Assembly (NCBI RefSeq): GCF_036321535.1
Contig: NC_087437.1
Location: 13,022,001 to 13,086,000 of the forward strand
Direction of reading: 5' to 3'
Origin: Camelus dromedarius
Taxonomy: Eukaryota
Length of the DNA: 64,000 bases
Under the pieces are notes generated by a model, which searched no databases, had not been told where the DNA came from, and was given only the letters and a program-made list of their open reading frames with translations. Shown here one piece after another: positions 1 through 12,929 of this stretch; positions within the stretch are counted from its first letter, which is position 1, and every line of letters starts with the position of its first letter. Made by a program: the position numbers and the translations under genes.

Positions 1-680
1 TGGGGGTAATCCATGACCTAGAATTCCAAATCATTACTCTAACTTCCAGTTGAAGGACTTACTTTCCCTCTCTAATGTAAGCCACGTTACAACCCATTCC
101 GGATCACTGAGCCCTTTGCTACTTCATCATATTTCCTGGTTTGATCCCAGGACACTCAATGTGGAATCTCTATGAACAGGACCCCACGGCCCTGTAGACC
201 TCAGTCCATCATGCTCTCCCACAACATCACAGATCATGTAGCCAATTACAAATTACCCCAACAATCAGGGGCACCCTGGGCTACCATGGTTCACTTACAG
301 AAAACACGACAAGAACCAAACACATTCCCCAGCTCCAGGATTCTCTTTATACTGTGTGTCACCACCATGGGCATTGGACTTCAAATTTAAGAGCTCAGCA
401 GAATCAAATTCTTGCCAAAACCAGAGAAGAAGTGGATAAATTTTTTTAAAGTATGAATTTGATACCTAATCTTAAATACATTTTTCCTATATATAAGGTG
501 AAATTTCCCTTTAACCTCCATCCCCAGTTCCAGTACCCAGTTGCCTCCCCAGTTTTAACTACACTCATCTTTTCCTGGTGTATATTTCTAGACCTTTGTC
601 TATATATCTTCATACTTCAGCATATGACCCATAAATAATAAATAACATCATTCTGTATTTTGCTGTTTTTTTTTTCCCCC

Positions 681-1062
681 TTAGCTTGCTAGGGCTGCAA
701 TGGCAAAATACTGCAGACTGGGTAGCTTAAACGACAGAAATTTATTTTCTCAAACTTCTGAGGACTGAAGTCCAAGATCATAGTTTATTGTCTGCTGAGG
801 CCTCTCTCCCTGGCTTGCAGATGGCCGCCTTCCTCCTGTGTCCTCACACGGTCCCCTCTCTGTGTGCGCACAACCTTGGTGTCTGTGTGTCCTAATCCCC
901 TGTTCTTAAAAGGACACCAGTCAGTGTGGGTTAGAGCTCATTTGAACTTAATCACATCTTTAAAAGCTCTACTCTGAATAGCTACATTATGAGGTACTAG
1001 GGGCTAGGGTTTCTTTGTATGAATCTGGGTGGGTGGTGGCACAATTTAACCCTTATTGCACA
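681..1062 (-). mobile_element. MaLR LTR, MLT1B/C-like
   Basis: Begins tagcttgctagggctgc (reverse of the MLT1 3' end) and has typical internal motifs: gcttaaacgacagaaatttatt, gaagtccaagatca, gcagatggccgccttc, gaggtactaggggctaggg. Confidence 0.85.
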
Positions 1063-1099
1063 CCTCTGCTGATCTTTTCATGTTGGAACATAAAGATTA

Positions 1100-1530
1100 T
1101 GTTAGTGATACTTAGGTTCAAGTTATAGGAACCACCAAATGACTGGCTTAAGAACAGAAGAGTTTATTTCTCCCACCCATTTACAAAAGGCACAGAGAGT
1201 CCACCCCAGGGCTGCTCTAGTGTTCCCTGGTGTCAGTCAGGCGTGCAGCCTCCTTCCAGCTTGTTGCCCCACAGTGCGTCACAGTCCTTCTCAAAATCGA
1301 CCATGACCCAAGATGGCTCAGATGCCAGCCATTCTGCCTGAATTCACAGTGGGCTGGAAGGAAGGGCCTTAAGAACAATTCTCACTTGGGTACCATTGGC
1401 TAGAACGTAGTCCCACTGTATACCTTACTGCATGTGAGACTGGGAACATATCTTTCAGGTGTGAGGACCACATTCTCAGCTAAAGTCTAGGAGTTCTATT
1501 ACTGGTAAAGAAGGTAAGAACAGTCATTAG
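1100..1530 (-). mobile_element. Old MaLR LTR, MLT1J/K-like
   Basis: Degraded motifs tggcttaagaacagaagagtttatttc, ccaagatggctc and cattggctagaacgtagtccca. Boundaries are approximate. Confidence 0.55.
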
Positions 1531-1694
1531 GGAAAAGTAGCAATGAAATATACCTGCTGAATGGTTTGGATATTTTTATACTTTCTTAAGAAGAAAGTAG
1601 TTGGAGTACGGAAAGGGGGGAGTACGAAAGGGGAGCACAACAAAGTGCTTGTTGTGAATTTCAGAAATCTCCGGCCATCCTTGACTGCCTATTG

Positions 1695-2145
1695 TGTTAA
1701 ATATTTCTACGTGTCCTTTCAAATTCACTCTCCCTCCTTTTCCTCACTGCCCACTCTCTTGTATGGATTGTACCCATGAGCTCCTTTGCTTCTGGCTTCT
1801 AATTGGGTTAACCCAGAAGGAAGCCCTGACAGAATCAGAGGGAGGGTAGAGAGTGAGGTCAGAGACTTTTGACCCTTGGATTCCTCCCTGTGAGGTGGCC
1901 TCAGGCTGGCTGTGTTCCGTGAATAAAAATCACTGCACTTCCCAGGGCTCCCTTTTCTACAGGCTTCTTGCCTTTGCCCCTTTGCCCCTCTAGGTCTCTG
2001 AGTGGTATCTGCTCTTTTGATGTTACCAGCTCTAAGTTATTACACTACCTCTTGAGGTTTCCTTATACTTCAACCCATACCTGAATAAATAGGTTAAAAA
2101 AATCATCCGATTTGAGTGGGCCAAGAAGTTCCTAAGAGCCTGGCT
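1695..2145 (+). mobile_element. ERVL LTR, LTR33-like
   Basis: The stretch gctcctttgcttctggcttctaattgggtt...atcagagggagggtagagagtgaggtcagag resembles the LTR33 core. Confidence 0.6.
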
Positions 2146-2288
2146 AATAAAAATACTGAGGTTTGAGGTAGCAACCTTACTTTGTGCTGTGTGATATCTC
2201 CACCTGCTTCTTGTCATTTGTTTGGCCAACTTGTTTTACCTCTATGGGGTTCAGTTTGTTCATCTCCAGAATAAGAATCTGTCTAGAC

Positions 2289-2476
2289 CAGTGGTTCTCA
2301 AACTTGAGTGTGTGCTCAAATCACCTGGAGGGCTTGGTAAAACACAGATTGATGGACCCCCACCCTAATGTTCCTAATTCAGTAGGTCTGAGATAGGGCT
2401 AAGAAAGTATATTTCTAACAAGTTCCCAGGTGATGTTGCTGCTGGCGGTGCAGGGACCCCATTCTGCTGAACCCTG
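2289..2476 (+). mobile_element. MER5A hAT-Charlie MITE
   Basis: Runs cagtggttctcaaactt...aatcacctggagggcttg...tttctaacaagttcccaggtgatg...gaaccctg. 8-bp TSD gtctagac (2281-2288) / gtctagaa (2477-2484). Confidence 0.92.
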
Positions 2477-5400
2477 GTCTAGAAGATGATCTCTGGGACC
2501 CGATACACTTCAGTATTAAGTGACTGAACAGCAACCAGTGTGGCGCAGTCGCTGTATTTTTCTCATGGATGAAATGATTCCACTGGTTGTCTTTCGGAAG
2601 ACTCCTTCCAGTAACAGTTTCCACAGACACCGTGTCACGGCCATCTGAATAAGATGGCCATCGTGTTGAAGTGTTTGGCAAGTAATAGAAACTGGGTCAA
2701 AGGATACGCACTTGAAGAAGTAAAGCCATCAGTGCCAGTTCTGGTTTTAGAACACATGCTCCAGGATTTCCCATGGGTGTAGTTCCTTAACAGATTTCAA
2801 TATTCAAATGTTTTCATTTGTCTCTCATTTTCACATTTGGCTTACCTCTGACTTTTCCATTTGGTCAAAAGCACATGACAGTTGGTGACCCTGTCTAAGC
2901 CATCTTAGCTGGAGTCTCAGTTTGCAGACTGAGCTCTGCACCTGATTTTTTTTTCTGCTCTGCCCAACAACTCCTATTACAGTTTCCATTCTATGTTAGG
3001 TAGTCAATAAATGTTAAAGAATAAAACATACATAATACCATTCATGGAACCATCTTAGGCCAATTGGATAGACTGTCACAGTTCTAACAGCCAGAGAGGC
3101 AATCTTTTATGTTGTTTTAATTTACCGATGTCACAACCTGTCATGCACATTGAGTTATACTGTGCAATTTTTCAATAATGATGTGATTCTCAGTAAGCTG
3201 TGTGTTTCAGATCTGCTGGGATGTTTGCAAGCTGTTCCATCCCCGGACGTTACATCAAACCACTGCCAATCTGAGTTCATTAATGTGAACTTGTTATTGA
3301 CAATGAGCTCAATGCCAGCTTCTTAGATGTCTGCTGGTCTTTAACTGCCTGGCCACTTATTTATATGCAAGGAAATTTCCATATCCCATGATCAGCGAAC
3401 AAAAACAATATTTAGAAAGTATGTATCATATGATTCCGCTTATGAAACACAAACTCCATAATATATATGTGTCTAATGTGTATGTTCTGGAGACAAGGGA
3501 TCGGAGGACACAGGCAAATGAACAGGAGGTGGGAGGAGCCAGGTTTGGGTCAAAGGTCAAAGGGAACTTCAGGCATTTACATAATAATCAAATTTTCCAG
3601 CAAAGAGAGTTTGTTCAAATGTTATTGTTATTTATTTAAAATAGTCTAGGAGAACTCACAAGCTTTGTTAAAGTTTTGTTAATGGGCATATTTACCAGGG
3701 AGACATTAGGGTCTATATTAGCAAGAATTATTTAAGACAGACATTGGTTGCATCAAAGTTCCCCTTCTGAATCAGGCTGACACGTGGAAAACTAAACCAA
3801 TCTTACATTCTTAGGTTGAAATAGCCAATCAAAGGAAATGAAAGAAAAGGCCGTTTTCCTCTGCTGAACAATAGAGATTTGTCATTCATAAGCATAGGCC
3901 CCTCTCCTTGGGATCTTTGTAAGTCAGTAGAACAGATGTGTGTCTTTAGGAAATTTGGAATGTTCATTTATGACATTTTCTCCAGTCAGTGTCAAGATTT
4001 AAGCCGTTTGGACAGACTCATGCTAAAGAGGGTTTTTTTTTTAATAATAAAAAATGAAATGTTATTTTAAGAGTATTTTCCTGTAATTATTAATTTAGTT
4101 TATTGGTTGTCTGCTGGCTTCCCTCTTTGGCTTGGATCTGCAGTGTTTTCTCGTACTTCTGGGAATTTTTATCAATTTTTTTTCATCTGCTCTAATTTAT
4201 ATTTCCCAAAGCTTATTTCTCTAATTGATTTTTGGTGTGATTTTTTTTTGCAGTCGGTTCTCCTAATGTGCCTGTTAGGAATATTGGCAAAGATGCTTCA
4301 CAAAGAACTGAATAAACAACAAACACATTTATTGACTTTGTGTGCCTTCTTTCACTTCATTCCAATTGCCCAGCAGTCCTACTTGCCATTTTAAAACCAC
4401 CTGGTGATTCAAAGCCCCTCTGAAGTAAGCTGGAACCCTTAAAATGAATATAAAAATCTCTTGGCATTTCCACAGTAGTTTCTTAACTGTTTTGTGCAGT
4501 TCCAATCCACCATTAAGATCTCAACTTTAGATACAACTTGCCAGGCAAGACCAACCCTGAAATTACCTTTGCTGGAGAAGGAGGAGGATGCTGAGGTTGG
4601 AAGGCGCTTCCTGGCAACCTGGCGATGCTGTCTCCAGCTGTGAATTCTTGCAGGGGTCTCACATTTCCCGTTCTCACCTCTATCCTTCCTCTGTTCACGG
4701 CTCCACCGGGTGAAAATCGAAGCAGGCAAACACCGCAGGATCCTAATAAGCTTCTCAGTTTTGCAAGCAGTGTGACTTTTCTTACTGTGGAACAAGATAG
4801 CAAAGTGAAACTAAACAACAAACACATTTCCATCAACAAAATCTGTGAAACTGCAATGTAAGCTTCAGCTCTAGAAGCCTTAATTTAGCCCACTTGAGAA
4901 ACTCACCCTCTGCTTCTTTGCTTTGGAGAGGACAAATTTATTTCTCTTTGTTTAATTTTTCTTACTTGCTGAGAGAGCTACTGGGTTTCTGGTAGAGAAA
5001 ACATTTAAATAGCAAATGACGCAAGGCTGACTTTATCTGAGTGCATGTTGTGGAAAGGTAGGGTTCCTGCCACGGAGACTGTGTTCTGAGGACCTGAACA
5101 TAAACGTTCTTCACAGAAGGACTTTGACCCCTTATGGGCATTAGGCAGAAGAATGAACAAAATGAACACAGAACAAAATATATTTCATAAGAATGTCTGT
5201 TCTTGGAAAGTTTTCCTCCAGAACAGACCCATCACTTTTATTTTATAAAAGAGATAGATTTAATGATCACTGAGTTAACTGAAGTTCAAAGAAATGCTAT
5301 TACATTTCTTGAATAAAAAGAGGTGCAAAACTATCTTAATGGAGCCAGCTGTGGTGTGGATTCTGGGCATTTATGCAGAGTATATAAAATAAAAATATGC

Positions 5401-5612
5401 AGATAAGAATATCACCATTTTGAAGAACCATGAATGGGCACTGAGCAATTTCAGCCAGTGCTTAACAGCAAAAGGTAGACATTTGTTTAAGAGAGAGAAG
5501 TGACTAAGAATGTTTGCTAAAGGTCATCTTCTTTGGGAGGTTTTTCTTCACTTCTCTATAGTCACACCAGCTTTCAGGTACCTTTGGTATTTTGCACTTG
5601 TTCCTTAATACC

Positions 5613-5720
5613 TGTATTAGGTGGCTATAAAAAAAATACCATAGACTGCATGGCTTAAACAACAGACATTCACTTCTCACAGTTCTGGCAGCCCTGATTT
5701 AGTTCCTGGTGAAGGGTCTA
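5613..5720 (-). mobile_element. MLT1 LTR fragment
   Basis: tgtattag...aaataccatagactgcatggcttaaacaacagacatt...ttctcacagttctgg. Confidence 0.7.
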
Positions 5721-5729
5721 CCCTTCTTT

Positions 5730-6115
5730 TTGCTCCTTCTGCTCTAGATTCATGGTTCTCCTGATTATTCCTTAACTACACCAAATGAGATGTGCCCCAG
5801 GGCCTTTGCACTTGCTGTTCCTGCTGTCTGGGTGCTCTTTACCTGAGCATTATTTGCTCCCTCACTTTTTGCAAGTTTCCATTCAAATGTCACCTTTTCA
5901 GACCTCCTGGGTCACTCTGTCTGTCCATTCTCCCATTATCCTCTAGCTTCTTCCCCGAGTCAGTTTTTCTCCATAGCACAGAGCACAGCTTGGTAATCAC
6001 TACTTATTCATGCAGGTACTGTCTATTTCTCCCATTAGAATGTCAGCTCCATGAGGGCAGGGCTTTTGTCCTATTCACCACAGTATTCTCAGAGTCTAGG
6101 ACAGCATCTGTGCTA
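5730..6115 (+). mobile_element. LINE-2 3' end
   Basis: Contains cccagggcctttgcacttgctgttcc, tcaaatgtcaccttttcag and ttagaatgtcagctccatgagggcaggg, all hallmark L2 3' motifs. Confidence 0.85.
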
Positions 6116-6120
6116 TTGTA

Positions 6121-6375
6121 AAGAGGAAAGAAAGAGAGAAAGAGAGAAAAAGAGAAAGGAAGGAAGGAAGAAAGCAAGAAAGAAAAGAAGGAAGGAAGAG
6201 AGAAAAAAATAAAGAAAGAAAGAAAAGAAAGAGGAGAGAAAGAAAGAAAAGGAAGAAAGAAAAGGAAGGAAGGAAGGAAGAAAGAAAGAAAGAAAAGAAA
6301 GAGAGAAAAGAAAGAGAGAAAGAAAGAAAGAGAAAAGACGGAAGGAGGAAGGGAGGAAGGAAGGAAGAAAAGAAA
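6121..6375. repeat. ~255-bp polypurine (GAAA/GGAA/GA) low-complexity tract
   Basis: Almost purely A/G on the + strand, with mixed GAAA and GGAA runs. Confidence 0.97.
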
Positions 6376-6534
6376 GTTAGTAGGGAAATTTCCCGCCTCC
6401 TTAGATTAACAGGTAATCTGATCTGATAAAAAGTATCTGGTGGAAATTACAATAATTTTGAGGATGAAGGAAAAAGGAAGTGGTTCTCTGTGAAGAGACT
6501 TTTCTTGGATTTTGTGAAAGACTCAGGAAATATC

Positions 6535-6785
6535 TTTTCCTCAAATTAATGTTTTGTTTTTTTGGATATATACCCAGGAGTGGAATTGCTGGATCGTACA
6601 GTAGTTCTGTTTTTAGTTTTCTGAGGACCCTCCATACCGTTTTCCACAGCGGCTGCACAATTTACATTCTCACCCACAGTGTACAGGGGTTCCTTTTTCT
6701 CCACATCCTCGCCGACACTTGCTACGTGGATTCTTTCTGATGATGGCCATTTGGACAGGTGTGAGTTGATATCTCATTGTGCTTA
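6535..6785 (-). mobile_element. L1 ORF2 3' fragment
   Basis: ORF 6401-6658(-) reads [32 protein letters not shown], the conserved L1 ORF2p C-terminal region. Confidence 0.92.
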
Positions 6786-7039
6786 AATTAACCATGCCTT
6801 TTCGTTTCTGTCAACCAGTTTCAAAACTTGTGATGGGCTTCTGACTGATTCTGTTACACTGATATATGTTGTTTGATGGACACACTGCTTTTTGATTTTA
6901 TAAAATGATGTTAAACTTTCTGCCTCTGTACTTTTGCTCTGATCTCCTCTCTCCAGCTCTGTGTGTTGACATCCTACCTGTCCTTTAAGGCAGACTCAGA
7001 TGCATATAGGAGCAGGGAGACAAAAGAAAGGAAGCAAGA

Positions 7040-7300
7040 GGCCAGGTGTTGGCTGCAATGGGGAGTGGTGGGGACTGCAGCAAAATGGAGAGCCTGTGTC
7101 TGGTTTAAAGGGCACCACTATTCTGCTTTCAGTGATTATTGCCAGGCTGGAATGAGGACTCAGAGTTTGCAGGAGAAGCCAGAATTCCAGATAAGCAATA
7201 TTCCAAAGTTTCGATGTTGGCAACACATTAACAGAAAATATTTTAAGAATATCACTTGAGCTGAACAAACCCCATCGGCCCCACTTAGCCACCAGCTTCC
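7040..7300 (-). mobile_element. hAT-Charlie MITE, MER102/MER103-like, degraded
   Basis: Motifs gggagtggtggggactgcagcaaaatggagag, gagaagccagaattccag and atgttggcaac. Confidence 0.55.
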
Positions 7301-7562
7301 CATCGACGGCTCAGGGTCCAGCCACATCCACAGCTGTCCCTGCCCTCCCTCACCACGCCTCCTCCCTTCTTCCTTTGGCACCAGAAAGCGCTTTACCTGT
7401 CTTGCTCAGTGGCACTCACCTGTGTTGTACGTGGATGACTGCTGCCTGCTTTTCACCTCACCAGGCAGCCTCTCTGGAATCAGAGATTGAATCTTGCTCA
7501 GAGCTGTAAGTCTCAAAGTCGGCCAGGAATTGCTTTCTATACAGAAGGTATTTAAAAATGTC

Positions 7563-7679
7563 TTTTCATTTCTTGGGGGAGAGGTAATTAGATTTATTTA
7601 TTTTTCAATGGAGGTACTGGGGATTGAACCCAGGACCTGTGCATGCTAGGCACATGCTCTACTGAGCTGTACCCTCCCC
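7563..7679 (-). mobile_element. Camelid tRNA-derived SINE (vic-1 type)
   Basis: Reverse strand reads GGGGAGGGTACAGCTCAGTAGAGCATGTGCCTAGCATGCACAGGTCCTGGGTTCAATCCCCAGTACCTCCATTGAAAAATAAATAAATCTAATTACCTC: Pol III A box, B box GGTTCAATCCC and an A-rich tail. Confidence 0.88.
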
Positions 7680-8736
7680 ACACTTATAGTAGGTATGTTT
7701 TACTAAGTACATAGTAGTAACCCTGCATCATGTACTCCTAATAACTGGGACTCAATGATGGGGCTAACTAGACAAGGTAGGTGATGAAAATGTTCACACA
7801 CTTCCCAGTCCTTGCCCCTCCACTCGTATCTTGTACTTGCTTCTGATGTGCCCTTGGGCTAGGACGGCCCCCTTGCTTAGGTGGGAGTTCCACTACTTAG
7901 GGAAGTACTTCACACTCATTTTTTTCCCCCAGGTCTGTGGATTTTTTCTAATTCACCTGGATTCTGGATCCCTATATAGAAGAAAGTAGGTCTGAACTTT
8001 CCATTTTTCAGCTTTATCATGATAGACAGGGCTTGCTTCTTTCATGGCGTACTTTCTAGTGAGGAAGGAAAGGGTTTAGGAACAATGTCTTATGAAATAG
8101 TCTTGACATACGTTTCTTATTATGGACTTAGGTTTGGGATTTTTTTCCCCCCTGTAAGCTTTAGGTATTTAATGCATTTTAAGATCCTGAAACCCAGAAC
8201 CGGAGGTATTTTGAGGTGAACCTAATAAGAATCCATTTCCTGCCTATTTTGCCCTGGTTTTCAACGAAAAATGGGAATATACAGTCAAACTTGAGTGCTC
8301 TGTATTAAGATTCAGTAAAATCTCATGTCATAAATAAGAGGGAAGTCTTCTGTGGCAAAGGAAGGAAAAGCAACAGATGAAGGATGCTGTTCCCTCAGGA
8401 TGAACAACCGGGTGCACTCCCTGAACCCCATTTTCCATCACCCGCCAAGCTTGAGCAATGGAAGCGCCATCCTTGCCACCGTGTTGCTCGGGCTGTGAAA
8501 TCCCACACGGTTACCCCAGTGCTAAGAGTAACGGCCGAGAGAAACCTGGAAATATCGGAATGTGATTGATTTCACTTGGGGAAATGTAACAAAGCTTGTT
8601 GAATCCGGCATAAAAATAACATAACATGTAACAGCCCCAGAAATAATCACAGTGAGGGGCCCAGGTCACATTGTGCAAAATAACTCATGTATTTCTGATT
8701 AATTTGGTCTCCGGCTGCATTTGCTAGGAAGACTTG

Positions 8737-8739
<3 letters not shown>

Positions 8740-8772
<33 letters not shown>
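8740..8772. repeat. (TG)n microsatellite, ~16 units
   Basis: Perfect dinucleotide run. Confidence 0.97.
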
Positions 8773-8774
<2 letters not shown>

Positions 8775-10446
8775 TGTACGTGCCTAGACAGTATGTGTAC
8801 CTATTAAGGATTCAGTTACTTTGCTTGGCAAGCAAAGAGCTAAAGCCTGTAGCCGATTTATGGAGTATTTCTTTCTCTTAATTGACCAGCCCTGGAACAA
8901 ATCCCATTCCGTGACTGTAAGAGGCTCACATATAAGCATCAAGCACAACACAGCTTCTGCTGAAGGTCAAAGTCTGCTCCTTTTACATTCTGCAACCCCA
9001 CCCCCATCTCCCAGGGCACTTTATAAAGGTTGAATTTTAACATCCAGTAACTGTTTCCTTTATTTTCCTCCCAAGCTGCCTCCTTCTGAATCGGGTTATT
9101 TTCCTTCAGAAGGCTTAGATGTTGATTTCTTGCAATAGACAGATTTATTCCAAACATCCCCAGTCATGTTGCTTTCATTGTACGAGCAACTGTACTTGAG
9201 ATGCCAACAACAGACCCTGATCCTGGTTAACTTGATCAAAAAAAAAAAAAGGAATTTATTGAAAGGATAGAGAGTGCTTGGTTGAATTAAAGGAAAGACA
9301 GAATAACCAGGAGCGGCAGTCTGGGGCCATGCTTACTTTCAGACCCAGGCCCAGAGACCGGCCCTGAGGTTCCTGCATTGGTCAGTCAGCAGCTGGAGAG
9401 ATACAACAAGCCTGGTCTAAAGCAAGTGTGGCTGTTGGTCGAAACGCAGTGTCAGTTCCAGGCATCCTCAGCAGAGAACTGCAGTGAAAACGTGGTTCAG
9501 GGCAGGAAGCCAGCTGGGGGCAGCCACCTGTCTAGGGGGCTAGGGAGTGGGAGGTCACATGCTCTCACGCTGGCCTCAGGGACTTAACGAAGTGCTGGCA
9601 TATTGGATGCAGGCGTGGTAGGGACATCCTCTGTGAGGCCAGGCCCACGACCTGTGGGAAAGAGGGCAGGTCCTGGGGAAAGGGGGCTGATGCTGTGTTT
9701 AGATTACTCTCCACGGTACTTTTACCTGAGTTATAGCTTCACGTAGGCCTGCTAGGTGTGTCCTCGTTCCAGCCTTTTAAGAGAATTTACAAGATGAGGG
9801 AACTTTATGGGGCTTCCTTTAAAAGGCACTGAAGTATTCCCCTGACTCACACTGGACAGGAAAGCTGTGACTTCCCCTTCAAATAAATTACTCTGCTGTC
9901 ACCCCCCACCCCGCCTTTTTTGGATCCTAACCACCTCTAACTCATCAGTAATCAAACCTACCAAGAACCACATAACAAAATCAAAGACTTTCAGTGTGAG
10001 CTCAGACACCACAAACTCAAACATGAGGTCGATCGTAAAAGTTGCAATGTCCACCAGGAAAGCATGAGGGTTTACGTGTCTGTAGGCATGTCAGAGATTT
10101 AAAATGATTTCAAAAATATATATCAATTTTATTATATTTCTTGTGTCCAGAGGATAGCCAGCTGCCTCCCTCCGCCCTCTCAGTTGCGACGTCTGAATAG
10201 GAACTTGTCAGGGACCAAGTAAGGGAGAGTAACTTCAGCCTTGGTAAAGTCTTTAAGCAAAATTACAATACAGTCGGCTTTTCTCTGGTCTTTTAGCTGT
10301 CCGGCTGCATTCCTCATTCTGTTCTGTGCTTATTTCAGGGACCCTAAATGCCAAGACTCTTTCATTTCATCAAGATTCAACCTTCTTGTCATAGAGAAAA
10401 GAGAATGTGATTATTCCTGACAGTCCTCAGGAGTATTAATATATTA

Positions 10447-10938
10447 GGTATGTTTATACAATGGAATACTACTCAGTGGTTAAAAAAAGAATAAATAATG
10501 CCATTTGCAGCAACATGGATGGACCTGGAGATCGTCATTCTAAGTGAAGTAAATCAGAAAGAGAGAGAAAAAGACCATATGATATCACTCATGTGTGGTA
10601 TCAAAAAGAAATAGTAAAAAGAGGATGCTATGAACTCATTTGCAAAACAGAAACAGACTCACAGACATAGTAAATAATCTTATAGTTACCGGGAGGAAAT
10701 GGTGTGGGAAGGGGTAAATTTGAGATTTTGAGACTTGCAAATGTTAACCTATATATAAAAAGATAAAAAACAAATTTCTTCTGTAGAGCACAGGGAACTA
10801 TATTCAATATCTTGTAATAACCTTTAATCAAAAAGAATATGGAAATGAATATAAGCATGTATATGTATGACTGGTACATTATTCTATACACCAGAAGTTG
10901 ACATATTGTAACAGACTATACTTCAGTTTAAAAAAAAC
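10447..10938 (+). mobile_element. 5'-truncated L1 (ORF2 end, 3'UTR, A tail), lineage-specific type
   Basis: atacaatggaatactactcag...gccatttgcagcaacatggatggacctggagat...gcacagggaactatattcaatatcttgtaataacc, followed by an A tail. Confidence 0.92.
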
Positions 10939-12571
10939 ACATTAAAAGAAGCACACAGGAGGGGATCATGCTTAAGAACATGGTGTGCTTGTTAATAATG
11001 CAGGTTTAGACAAAGATTGAAGAACAGTTTGTAGCATCTTTTTTGTCCTTCAAATCACAATCTATAGGCAACTCTTCTGAGGTTGGTGTGCTGTGCTCTG
11101 TGGTGGTTGTTTTTCCATTTTTTTCTTTCTCTCCACCCCCCTTTTTTTGCCAAATACATTAGATAGAAAAAAAAAAGAAGATATTAAAACTTCTGGTACG
11201 CCTTTCCTCATCAACCTTTATGAGGCTTTGGAAATATTTGCAGTCAAAAAGATGACAGGTGTAACGCTGTGACTCTCAGTCCACAAATTCAAGTAGACAA
11301 GAAAACTCACATTTCTTTGCTTCCTTTCAGTCAACGCCATTTGAATGGTGCAGGTCCGCCTTCCTGGCTGGCGGGAACTTCAGCCTCATCCTCCTGACAA
11401 CCCCCTACCGGGATCACACTAAGGCTCCAAGGCTGTAGGTGCTGCCAAGCCATTGCAGGGGCTTCAGCCACCACATGCTTTGTCCCTTTGCTCATGGTCC
11501 CCTAAGGTCCAGAGGTTCTGCTGCTACTCCACTGGGTCACAGGAACATTTGGTGATGCTGTGAATCTCAGAGCATCAGATGTGGTCTTCTTAGGAATGCC
11601 ACAGGGATGTTCCTCTGAGGTTTTGCCACCAGCCTAGGACCTTTCAGGCAGTGAACACCAGTCCCCTCTGGTCAGGAGACCCTCCCCTGTGCTCAGCTCA
11701 CTCTTTTTGTCTTTCCTCTTCCTCTCTTGCTGCACTTGGAAAACCTCTTCAACCAACTTAGACTTTTGAATGCAAAAGCTGAGGCCAGAAGCGAGTTGAC
11801 CATCTCTGCTTTCCAACCTGTTGCAGGCTTCTGTCTGCTTGACTTTGGAAAGGAAACAGGGACAAGGAAGGGAAGATGCAAATAGTAATATTTCAAAAAA
11901 ATCAATCATTCCACAGAAGAATCTGGGAATTGCTGCCAAGGGTGTCTTCCCTACCATCAGCCCGGAGACGGAGACAAAGTTGTTGTCTTCCCTGATAGTG
12001 GGGGCAGTTTGTCTCTGGTCTACCAGAGCCACATCCTCTTGAGACACTAGGAAACATTTGCAAGTATAAATTCGCATCTACAGAGAGTTGCATGTGTCCC
12101 TGTGTCACAGAGGGGACGTGGGACAGGGCGGGTGGGCGTTCTCAACTGCCTGGACTGACCTGGAGTTGCTAACGCTGGGCGAGTGCTCGAGGGGACAGTT
12201 TGACTTTATTTTAATTAAGCTTTCACAGTTTGTTGGATTCAAATTCTGCTTTTCTTGGCTTAGCTCCCTTTGTCCACTCTGATTTAGGGATAAAAATTGT
12301 GGTGCTATTTTGCTTCCATGGCAATAAATATACAGGATTATCTTTACACTCTCTCTCTCTCCACTTCTAAATGTGCTTTATATAATTATAAATGAGTATA
12401 GAACTATTTAAATATACTGCTATATAGTAAGGTATTAAAATTATATATATATATCATTTTTTACAGCCCCTTGGACGAGAGCTTCTCAAGGTGGCTTTTC
12501 AAGAACTGGATTGGTTCTCTATTCCATTTTCTCTCCCACAGAGAGGCTGTGTGGTGGTGTTCTGCCAGTGT

Positions 12572-12775
12572 GCCCAGGTCCTCACCCTCACTCTGCCTCC
12601 TGCTAGTTCTGTGATTTTGGAAAATCTGCTTTGCTTCTGTGCCTCAGTTTCCTTTTCTATGTAATGGGAACAGTGATACCAGTGGTCCCTCAACTGGAAA
12701 GTGGTGATCATAGATGAATTAACGTGTCCATCACCTGTGGATCAGTGTCTCACACAGCACGAACACATGGCGGGG
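12572..12775 (+). mobile_element. MIR SINE
   Basis: MIR core ttctgtgcctcagtttccttttctatgtaatgggaacag. Confidence 0.75.
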
Positions 12776-12929
12776 GTGCGTAACTGTCTTTGGAACATCT
12801 CTTTTATTTGACTTATATTTCAAAAACATATAAATGCAATAAAATTTTTGGGGAAAATAAATATGTAATTGTCTCCCTCTTCTGCTAAAAAACAAAGAAA
12901 TTAGCCAAACCAACCAACCTGAAGGGTTT

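Noticed and set aside
1..420. Possible ERV/MaLR internal fragment or coding sequence at the window start
   Set aside because: I could not match it to any family, and the 72-aa ORF has no recognisable motif.
1603..1636. Short tandem duplications (also ~27052-27092, 46636-46656, 58014-58040)
   Set aside because: Only 2-3 units without spacers: ordinary slippage products, not a CRISPR-like or functional array.
7600..7679. tRNA-like sequence with A and B boxes
   Set aside because: It has an incomplete cloverleaf followed by the SINE body and an A-rich tail, so it is a SINE rather than a tRNA gene.
11634..12077. 147-aa ORF on the - strand in apparently unique sequence
   Set aside because: No recognisable domain, no convincing exon boundaries, and overlapping ORFs of similar quality on both strands. 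The length is compatible with chance.
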